DNA of 32,000 nt from Oleispira antarctica RB-8 (GTDB lineage Bacteria; Pseudomonadota; Gammaproteobacteria; Pseudomonadales; Oceanobacteraceae): assembly GCA_000967895.1 (NCBI GenBank), contig FO203512.1, positions 537,582 to 569,581 of the forward strand. The letters are read 5' to 3'. The notes under the pieces are model-generated. The model was not told the DNA's origin, did not search any database, and was given only the letters and a program-made list of their open reading frames with translations. A program made the translations under genes and the position numbers. This document shows positions 9,321 through 16,443 of the stretch, piece after piece. Positions within the stretch are counted from its first letter, which is position 1. Every line of letters begins with the position of its first letter.

Positions 9321-10220
9321 TTGTCTTATTTAGCTAACTCACAAGGTGTGCTCGCTATATTGCGGCATGCCTTGGAACTTCCTCCGCTTCAATTCTCAGA
9401 TATAAAAATCTTTCGTCAGCATTTAGCCTCCGGTTTTCAACGTTATTCTACAGTACAGAATGCTTTTTATTTAGGCGCGCAAGCGGCAACTTCAGGCATG
9501 GCTTTCTTAGCGGGCTATCAGAATGCGATACGGTGTTTGGATGTGAATTGTCCCAGCGATGAATTGGCTGCATTTTGTGTATCTGAAAAAGGGGTTAAGA
9601 AACCCTGGGATATGGCGACCCGACTATCGGTATCTGATGACGGTTATCTACTCGATGGAAAAAAAGGCTATGTGATGCTTTTACCAGGCGAGTTAGATCG
9701 TATGTATGTGGTTGCAAAAAACGACAAAGATCAGCTTGGTTGTCTTTATGTGCTGGCTAATACAGCCGGTATTTCAACGACCGATGCTTTAGCGGCTCCT
9801 TTTGTAGAAGATATTCCTCATAGTGGAGTGTGTTTTGATAAGGTAAAAATCCCGGCTGATCAGGTATTCGATATAGATGGCCATCAACAAGCAAATAAGC
9901 CGTTTCGTTATTGGGAAGATGTGCACGTTGCGCTGTCTATGATGGGGTGGATGTCACGAGAACTGTTAGGGAGGCAGCAATCATTCGATGGATTGGATGA
10001 TATGGTACAACTCATCTGTCAGTTAATAGAACAGTATGAAGAGCACCCAGACTATTATTGTCTTGAGAGTCTTTTGTTATTAGATAAAAGCCATGAAATC
10101 ATGGATAACTACTCCCAAAACTTATCAGAAGAATCGAAAATTCTATGGCTGAAAGACAGGTTGTTATTACAGATGGGGCAGAAAATGCGCCACCTTGTGA
10201 GAGCTAAAATGGTTAATTAA
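9321..10220 (+). CDS. Acyl-CoA-dehydrogenase-like protein, apparently shortened
   Basis: 299-aa ORF (TTG start). The middle segment resembles the ACAD beta domain (AAFCVSEKGVKKPWDMATRLSVSDDGYLLDGKKGYV...GVCFDKVKIPADQVFD); the C-terminal part does not look like a full catalytic helical domain. Confidence 0.5.
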   Translation: MSYLANSQGVLAILRHALELPPLQFSDIKIFRQHLASGFQRYSTVQNAFYLGAQAATSGMAFLAGYQNAIRCLDVNCPSDELAAFCVSEKGVKKPWDMATRLSVSDDGYLLDGKKGYVMLLPGELDRMYVVAKNDKDQLGCLYVLANTAGISTTDALAAPFVEDIPHSGVCFDKVKIPADQVFDIDGHQQANKPFRYWEDVHVALSMMGWMSRELLGRQQSFDGLDDMVQLICQLIEQYEEHPDYYCLESLLLLDKSHEIMDNYSQNLSEESKILWLKDRLLLQMGQKMRHLVRAKMVN

Positions 10221-10256
10221 CGCTAAAAAAACGTCTTGTAAAATCTTTGTAAATAT

Positions 10257-10676
10257 TCAGCGAGCAATAACATTTGTTATAACACTGGGTAATCTTAAGC
10301 CTGAGTTGTTAGTGGAGGGCGCACCTGTATTGATTGGTAGAATGCGATTCTCTGTTACACCTTCAGCATTAATTTCATATTGTTGCTGGTTAACAGAATC
10401 ATCCGCTACATTGCCGGGGCTTTCACCTTGGCTTTCAATACTTGTAATGCTCATCTCTTGATTTAAAAGTCTAGGGATATCAAGGCTTTGCGTCGTAGAT
10501 CGATTATAACGTTTAGCCGTGCTGTAGTCGTAGTGATGAGGATTTCTTTTGGCCTCATTAATCGCAGTGAAAATATCATTGTCATAATATTTATCATGAG
10601 GATTTATAGCCCAACTCAATGAAGGAGCGAGGGCTGTGATTATTACGGCTAATGCTTGGGTAACGGAAATCTTCAT
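10257..10676 (-). CDS. Hypothetical exported protein, paralogue of the 10693-11232 gene
   Basis: Starts MKISVTQALAVIITALAPSLSWA; shares YYxNDIxxAxxEAxxxP...YNRxTxxSxDxPxLxNxEMS with its neighbour. Confidence 0.7.
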   Translation of the reverse strand: MKISVTQALAVIITALAPSLSWAINPHDKYYDNDIFTAINEAKRNPHHYDYSTAKRYNRSTTQSLDIPRLLNQEMSITSIESQGESPGNVADDSVNQQQYEINAEGVTENRILPINTGAPSTNNSGLRLPSVITNVIAR

Positions 10677-10692
10677 TAACTTCACCATTAGA

Positions 10693-11232
10693 TCAAGGTT
10701 CTGGAGTTATATAGGCTCTTGAGCTGGCTTCTGAGCGAATATTTGTAGCGCTTCCAGAGAAGCTCTCGGTACGATACTCAACTTTATCCACCTTATAGAC
10801 CGCGGGTGAGAGCTCAGACGTTTCTGTAGAAGGCTGAATTGAAATGTCGAATCTATTGCTTTTAGTATCGGCTAAGAAGTCCAGTTCAGAGTCATCTTGT
10901 TTATTCGCAATAACATCTTCTGCATTCAGCTCCAAAGGCGATGTTCGCACAGGAGCAACGTCTCCAGGACCTGCGGCAGTAGCGTCGAGAGCGCCATCGA
11001 CAATTTCAGAAGACATTTCAGTATTCATTAATTTGGGGAAATCAAAGCTTTTTGATGTCGTTCGATTATACCAACGATTGCCCACGTAGGTTTCATTACT
11101 GGGGCTATTTTCAGCTTCTTTAACGGCTGCATCAATGTCATTCGAGTAATAAGGGTTGTCGCTTGATTGCGCGTTCGCAAGCATGACGCCACTAATTAAT
11201 AAGAATGAAGTGATAAAGAGTGGGGTTTTCAT
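10693..11232 (-). CDS. Hypothetical exported protein, paralogue of the 10257-10676 gene
   Basis: Best start at 11232 (MKTPLFITSFLLISGVMLANAQ, with upstream GGGAG); the track ORF 5' extension to 11394 looks spurious. Confidence 0.7.
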   Translation of the reverse strand: MKTPLFITSFLLISGVMLANAQSSDNPYYSNDIDAAVKEAENSPSNETYVGNRWYNRTTSKSFDFPKLMNTEMSSEIVDGALDATAAGPGDVAPVRTSPLELNAEDVIANKQDDSELDFLADTKSNRFDISIQPSTETSELSPAVYKVDKVEYRTESFSGSATNIRSEASSRAYITPEP

Positions 11233-11246
11233 TTTCAAACTCCCTA

Positions 11247-11276
11247 TTTTTTGTTGTTTTTTGTTATTTTTTGTTA
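11247..11276 (-). repeat. Three tandem 10-bp units, YAACAAAAAA on the minus strand
   Basis: Plus strand TTTTTTGTTG TTTTTTGTTA TTTTTTGTTA, ending 15 bp upstream of the ATG at 11232. Confidence 0.8.
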
Positions 11277-11341
11277 TGCATGGCATCATACAAGTGACAA
11301 CAAAATGATGCAAATGATCCCTTTGTGGATAGGACATAATA

Positions 11342-12001
11342 ATGATAAAAATCGGATTATTGCTGTTATCGGTATTCATGTTACCGAGCTGCACAATTTA
11401 CCAGTCTATTGGTCATAGTTTCGGAAGTTTTGTTTCTACCCCTAATGGACAAGATTTTCAACCTGTCGGCTATCGCTGGGATTATGAACATACCGCTTTA
11501 GTTTATGTGTATCGCCCAGCGTCGACTTGGGCGAATGACGAACTAGAATCGCCGAGCTTTTATTTGAATGGCGAGCGCTTATTCAATATTAAAGGCAATG
11601 GCTATACTTGGTATGAATTAAAACCAGGGACTTATGAAATTAAAATTCGTCGACCTCTATTGGGGCTAGAAGGCATTGAAGTAACTAATGCCGTCGATTT
11701 CACTTTAAGAATGGTCACAGAATTAGACTTAAATGCGAAAGCCGGCAGCGTTTATTACCTTCGATATTCTGAAGTTGATAAAGATGCGGCTAAGTTTGAG
11801 AATATGACTTTCCATGAAAATCCTTTGCAGTTAGTTACGCCAGAAGTGGCATTGGCTGAGATTCAGCAAACAAAAATGTTGGATGAAGGGCGAGGCTTAA
11901 TAGCAGATATCCCCGAAGAGGAAGTAAAAATAGCCGCACCTGCAAAAGAGAAGCCTCAGCAAGAGGAAAGCCCAGGAACGAAAAGTTGGAATCCTTTCTA
12001 G
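11342..12001 (+). CDS. Putative lipoprotein, DUF2846-like
   Basis: 219-aa ORF; N-terminal MIKIGLLLLSVFMLPSC and ALVYVYRPAS...FYLNGERLFNIKGNGYTWYELKPGTYEIKI...GSVYYLRY pattern. Confidence 0.75.
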   Translation: MIKIGLLLLSVFMLPSCTIYQSIGHSFGSFVSTPNGQDFQPVGYRWDYEHTALVYVYRPASTWANDELESPSFYLNGERLFNIKGNGYTWYELKPGTYEIKIRRPLLGLEGIEVTNAVDFTLRMVTELDLNAKAGSVYYLRYSEVDKDAAKFENMTFHENPLQLVTPEVALAEIQQTKMLDEGRGLIADIPEEEVKIAAPAKEKPQQEESPGTKSWNPF

Positions 12002-12069
12002 CGTCACCGTAGGCAAACAAAGCAATAGCCTGACGCTCTGTTTGAATTGAGTTACAATAAGCTATAACT

Positions 12070-12101
12070 AGATACCCGCCTCCCAGCGGGTATTATTTTT
12101 T
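12070..12101 (+). terminator. Rho-independent terminator
   Basis: ATACCCGC(12072-12079)-CTCCCA-GCGGGTAT(12086-12093) followed by a T-rich tract. Confidence 0.75.
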
Positions 12102-12147
12102 AGAAAGCTGGTTTTATAGCGCTAATAACTTGATGAGGACGTGACCC

Positions 12148-13674
12148 ATGGCAAATGCCGTCACCGTTGTTCGCCAAGATGATCTGATTGAGAGCATCGC
12201 GGACGCACTGCAATATATTTCGTATTACCACCCAAAAGACTTCATCGACGCGGTCCATGAAGCGTATCTAAGAGAAGAATCAAAAGCGGCCAAAGATGCC
12301 ATGGCTCAGATTCTAATCAACTCTCGCATGTGTGCTCAAGGCCACCGTCCAATTTGCCAAGATACCGGTATTGTTACCGTATTTTTAGAAATTGGTATGG
12401 ATGTGCGCTTCGAAGACGCCACGATGGGCATTGAAGATATCGCTAATGAAGGTGTGCGTCGCGCTTATACTCACCCTGATAACGTATTACGTGCTTCTGT
12501 TCTGGCCGATCCTGATGGTGCCCGCAGAAATACCAAAGATAATACGCCAGCGGTTATCCACGTTAAATTAGTTCCTGGTAATACGGTAGACGTTCATGTT
12601 GCAGCCAAAGGCGGCGGCTCTGAAGCTAAGTCTAAATTTGCGATGTTGAATCCATCTGACTCTGTTGTTGATTGGGTGCTTGAGCAAATTCCAAAAATGG
12701 GCGCAGGCTGGTGTCCACCAGGCATGCTGGGTATAGGCATCGGTGGTACGGCAGAAAAAGCGATGATGATTGCTAAAGAAGCGTTATTAGAGCCTGTAAA
12801 TATTCAAGAGCTACAAGCTCGTGGCGCTCAAACACGCGCTGAAGAGATTCGTTTAGAATTGTTCGATAAAGTGAACAAGCTAGGCATTGGCGCACAAGGC
12901 CTTGGTGGTCTAACCACCGTTGTTGATATCAAGGTTGCTGATTTCCCAACCCACGCTGCCAACAAGCCTGTGGCAATCATTCCAAACTGTGCGGCAACCC
13001 GTCACGCGCACTTCGTTTTAGATGGCAGCGGCCCAGTGGCATTGCCTGCACCTAAGCTTGAAGATTGGCCTGAAATTACGTGGGAAATTGGTGAAGGCGT
13101 TCGTCGCGTTAACCTAAACGAAATCACCCCAGAAATGGTTAAAGACTGGCAGCCAGGCGAGACCGTATTATTGTCTGGCAAGATGCTTACTGGTCGTGAT
13201 GCTGCGCACAAACGTATGGTTGATATGATCAATAAAGGCGAAGAACTGCCGGTTGATCTGAAAGGTCGCTTCATCTATTACGTAGGCCCTGTTGATCCAG
13301 TGCGTGAAGAAGTGGTTGGTCCTGCTGGCCCAACGACGGCTACTCGTATGGATAAATTTACCCGTACAGTCTTAGAAGAAACTGGCTTGCTAGGCATGAT
13401 CGGTAAAGCGGAACGTGGTCCAATGGCGATAGAAGCCATTCGTGATAACGAAGCGGTTTATTTAATGGCTGTGGGTGGTGCTGCTTACTTAGTATCACAA
13501 GCGATTAAAGGCGCTGAAGTGGTTGGTTTTGCTGATTTGGGTATGGAAGCAATCTATGAATTTGACGTTGTTGATATGCCAGTAACGGTTGCGGTTGATT
13601 CTCGTGGTTCTTCAGTGCACATCACTGGACCGCAAGAATGGAAAGCTAAAATTGCAGCACGACAAATTGATTAA
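12148..13674 (+). CDS. Fumarate hydratase, class I (Fe-S)
   Basis: 508-aa ORF; RMCAQGHRPICQDTGIVTVFLEIG, AAKGGGSEAKSKFAMLNPSDS, GIGIGGTAEKAM, GPVGPTTATRMD signatures. Confidence 0.97.
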   Translation: MANAVTVVRQDDLIESIADALQYISYYHPKDFIDAVHEAYLREESKAAKDAMAQILINSRMCAQGHRPICQDTGIVTVFLEIGMDVRFEDATMGIEDIANEGVRRAYTHPDNVLRASVLADPDGARRNTKDNTPAVIHVKLVPGNTVDVHVAAKGGGSEAKSKFAMLNPSDSVVDWVLEQIPKMGAGWCPPGMLGIGIGGTAEKAMMIAKEALLEPVNIQELQARGAQTRAEEIRLELFDKVNKLGIGAQGLGGLTTVVDIKVADFPTHAANKPVAIIPNCAATRHAHFVLDGSGPVALPAPKLEDWPEITWEIGEGVRRVNLNEITPEMVKDWQPGETVLLSGKMLTGRDAAHKRMVDMINKGEELPVDLKGRFIYYVGPVDPVREEVVGPAGPTTATRMDKFTRTVLEETGLLGMIGKAERGPMAIEAIRDNEAVYLMAVGGAAYLVSQAIKGAEVVGFADLGMEAIYEFDVVDMPVTVAVDSRGSSVHITGPQEWKAKIAARQID

Positions 13675-13690
13675 GCTTTAATCAATTTAA

Positions 13691-13727
13691 AAGGCCGAGC
13701 TTATGGCAACATAAGTTCGGCTTTTTT
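13691..13727 (+). terminator. Rho-independent terminator of the fumarase gene
   Basis: GCCGAGCTTATG(13694-13705)-GCAA-CATAAGTTCGGC(13710-13721) followed by TTTTTT; 12-bp stem with one G-T pair. Confidence 0.85.
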
Positions 13728-13830
13728 ATGCCTGTTGATAAATGCATGTGAATAAATACTAAGTAGCCGCAAAGTGAAGAGTCGCTATACTGATCCTATG
13801 CGAACCATCAATCTCTATAAGGAATTAATC

Positions 13831-14130
13831 ATGAGTTGTGACGCGAAGAAATTGGATAACCTGACTAGCGAAGATATTCCTGAAGGCTGGAAAATTAAAG
13901 AGGTTACGGGTATTGGGCAACTGGTGAAGGAATTTAAATTTAAAAACTTTGTCACTGCCATGCACTTTAGTAATGAAATCGCTGAATTAGCAGAATTACA
14001 CAATCATCATCCTATGATTATTAGTGAGTGGGGCAAGGTTACACTCTATTGGTGGACTCATACTGCGAAAGGAGTCAGTGCTCTCGATATTAAACTCGCC
14101 CAACTTTCTGATGAATTAAGCACCTCCTAA
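13831..14130 (+). CDS. phhB: Pterin-4a-carbinolamine dehydratase
   Basis: 99 aa from the ATG at 13831 with AAGGA upstream; FKFKNFVTAMHFSNEIAELAELHNHHPMIISEWGKVTLYWWTHTAKGVSALD. Confidence 0.95.
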   Translation: MSCDAKKLDNLTSEDIPEGWKIKEVTGIGQLVKEFKFKNFVTAMHFSNEIAELAELHNHHPMIISEWGKVTLYWWTHTAKGVSALDIKLAQLSDELSTS

Positions 14131-14175
14131 CATAAGCTTATTAATTATAGGTTTAAGCTTAAATTAAATCTCAGC

Positions 14176-14523
14176 TCAATGGCTAATCCCAATGTAGTCG
14201 ACCAGCATTGAGCGTCCTTCACAGCCTAATGATTTAATACTCACTTTATGCTTAAAATTAAGCGCCGCGAGTACTAACTGAAACTTTCTCTTTGCTACTT
14301 CTTGATTGTCACTATAAGACCGATACCTGTTTGACAATTTCCCGCCGCACTTATGTGATTTTAGTGACGTAAAGAAATCAAAGCCAGCCTGAGTATCGTC
14401 CTCTATTTGGTATAAAGAAATAATCAATAAGTTATTTTTTACATTATTCTCTTCGGCAAAAGAGGTTTGAATACCCCCTAGAACGAATGAAAATAAAAAA
14501 GCTACCTGAATCAATGACTTCAT
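14176..14523 (-). CDS. Small exported hypothetical protein with two Cys in the mature part
   Basis: 115 aa from the internal start at 14523 with GGAGG upstream on the minus strand; signal peptide MKSLIQVAFLFSFVLGGIQTSFA. Confidence 0.65.
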   Translation of the reverse strand: MKSLIQVAFLFSFVLGGIQTSFAEENNVKNNLLIISLYQIEDDTQAGFDFFTSLKSHKCGGKLSNRYRSYSDNQEVAKRKFQLVLAALNFKHKVSIKSLGCEGRSMLVDYIGISH

Positions 14524-14632
14524 AAACCCTCCTTTAGATAAAAGTATAGCCAATTTTTTAAAACCATCATCAAACCTGAATATATGAACTATGCTGACAT
14601 TAGAAATCTGATAAAAACATCAGGGTTAAGGA

Positions 14633-15700
14633 ATGTTGATGGTCGTTAAAAATTTAAGAATATTATGCATCGGTTTATTAATGTCACTGAATTATGTTCA
14701 GGCGGCAGAACCTGATTTACCGCACATGGCTGAGCCAGCACCGACTCTCTATACAGGCTTTGGCCAATTATTAGATGACGATAAAACGCTGGTCTTAGAA
14801 GAATTAATGGACTTAGATCAAAATATTCAGCGTATCGCACTTTATCATAATGGCGATCGCTTGCACCGCTTAATCCCCAAGCAAGTGCACCAAATGATCG
14901 AGAATAAACTCATGCGTCGTTTAATTGCGAATGGCCGTTTTGATGTCATTCAGTGTCTCGAATGTCGAACGACTAAAGTAGTGATGGCTGTTGATGAGTT
15001 GAAAATATCACAAGCTGCTGAAAATAATCAGCAATTAAGAGCGCTATCAAAAAAAGTGCGTGCAGATGCCTTTATGTTCTGGAGTGCATCTGTACATGAA
15101 AATAAATTTACTATTAATTTGCGCTTAGTCGATGGTAAAAATAATGAGCTGCTATGGCTGAAAGAATATTCTAAAAAGACCACTCAAGAAGCGGAAGAAA
15201 ATGATTTTGATAGAGTTCAATATGAATTCATTGTCGGCGCTTGGGGGGTGAAAGGAAAACGTGAAAGTACCGTTGCCGCCGGGAGTACTGAACTAAAGGG
15301 AGCAACAGTTTTTGGTATACGTCGTAGAGAAAGCACAGAGTTAAATGAAGATATTGAATATACCTTAGGTTTTGAATACTTCACAAACTATTCGTCTGAA
15401 GAACTATTTGATCTCAGTGGTTATAATCTTGAAGGTCGAGTTATTGCAGATATTCCTGCCTTAGATGATGTGCTGGATACGAAAGTTTATCTTGGCATAG
15501 GGCAGTCATTTTTTAATGATGCAAACAGTCTGATCTTTCGTTTTGGCTTTGAATTTCCCTTCTTTAAAGACGGATTTATGGATTTTGGTGTGATGTATAT
15601 GCGAGAAGCCAATGTTAAGTGGAAGACCGATGCTGCGTTTGAAGAAATAGGCACTTTCGGTGGTGCAAGTTATGACTTAACACTCGGTGTGCGCTTCTAA
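14633..15700 (+). CDS. Exported protein with a probable C-terminal outer-membrane beta-barrel-like domain; first gene of the motor-like block
   Basis: 355-aa ORF; signal peptide, N-terminal region with ECRTTKVV..., then alternating beta segments ending in YDLTLGVRF with terminal Phe. The start at 14639 has better SD spacing than 14633. Confidence 0.75.
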   Translation: MLMVVKNLRILCIGLLMSLNYVQAAEPDLPHMAEPAPTLYTGFGQLLDDDKTLVLEELMDLDQNIQRIALYHNGDRLHRLIPKQVHQMIENKLMRRLIANGRFDVIQCLECRTTKVVMAVDELKISQAAENNQQLRALSKKVRADAFMFWSASVHENKFTINLRLVDGKNNELLWLKEYSKKTTQEAEENDFDRVQYEFIVGAWGVKGKRESTVAAGSTELKGATVFGIRRRESTELNEDIEYTLGFEYFTNYSSEELFDLSGYNLEGRVIADIPALDDVLDTKVYLGIGQSFFNDANSLIFRFGFEFPFFKDGFMDFGVMYMREANVKWKTDAAFEEIGTFGGASYDLTLGVRF

Positions 15701-15709
15701 GGACGAATT

Positions 15710-16432
15710 ATGAAACAGTTAATAATTGCTTTATTGATAGTATTAATCAGTGCATGTACGCATGAAAGAACAAATAGAATGCTTACCCAGTATGGTGATA
15801 GTCAGCCTGATTTATTGGGAATTGGCGAACAGAGTACTGAAGCAACTGCTGAAATCTCGCTTGAGACCATAGAGAAGCGTAAGCAAGTTGCTGATTTAGC
15901 AAAAAAGAATCATGGTTTAATGCACATCCATCGCTACGGCCCTGGGTTTGATGTCTTAATGACATTAGATACGGGGGATAGCGATGTTAGTTTTAGTATG
16001 GCGCTGCCTTCAACACCGGGAAGTCTGCAAGACTCACTTCGAAGTGATTTACAAAAAAGTGCAGAAGAAATTGCTGAACAAAACAAACAAGTTCTTGAAA
16101 GCTTGGATGACGATAAAGCTGAACTTCATCATGAAGAATTAGATGAGCGCAGTGAATTAATTGAGCAAAAGAAAATTCAAGACTTTCAAGCTTCAACAAA
16201 ACACATCTTTAGTGCGCAGTCTTTATTTTATAAAAAGCAATATTGGCAATCATTGGATGAAACTAATAAAGCGCTAGAGCTAGTTCCAGACTCTGCTCAA
16301 GCGCATGCTTTGAAAGGCAGCATTTATTACAAAATGGGATTAAGTGCTGAAGCCAAAGCTAGTTGGCAGCAAGCGTTAGAAATAGATCCAACGATGGAAC
16401 AAGTCAAAACCAGTTTGACGCGCTTGAAGTAG
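15710..16432 (+). CDS. Lipoprotein with C-terminal TPR repeats
   Basis: 240-aa ORF; MKQLIIALLIVLISAC lipobox; TPR-like QSLFYKKQYWQSLDETNKALELVPDSAQAHALKGSIYYKMGLSAEAKASWQQALEIDPT. Confidence 0.85.
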   Translation: MKQLIIALLIVLISACTHERTNRMLTQYGDSQPDLLGIGEQSTEATAEISLETIEKRKQVADLAKKNHGLMHIHRYGPGFDVLMTLDTGDSDVSFSMALPSTPGSLQDSLRSDLQKSAEEIAEQNKQVLESLDDDKAELHHEELDERSELIEQKKIQDFQASTKHIFSAQSLFYKKQYWQSLDETNKALELVPDSAQAHALKGSIYYKMGLSAEAKASWQQALEIDPTMEQVKTSLTRLK

Positions 16433-16443
16433 GGGAACGGAAT

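Noticed and set aside
13002-13274. Antisense ORF within the fumarase gene
   Set aside because: Lies entirely in a well-conserved gene on the other strand; no start context or recognisable domain.
16363-16443. N-terminal 27-aa extension of the FliF/G-like ORF overlapping the TPR lipoprotein gene
   Set aside because: ATG at 16444 is preceded by GGGGAACGGA and gives a proper hydrophobic N-terminus; the extension is likely spurious.
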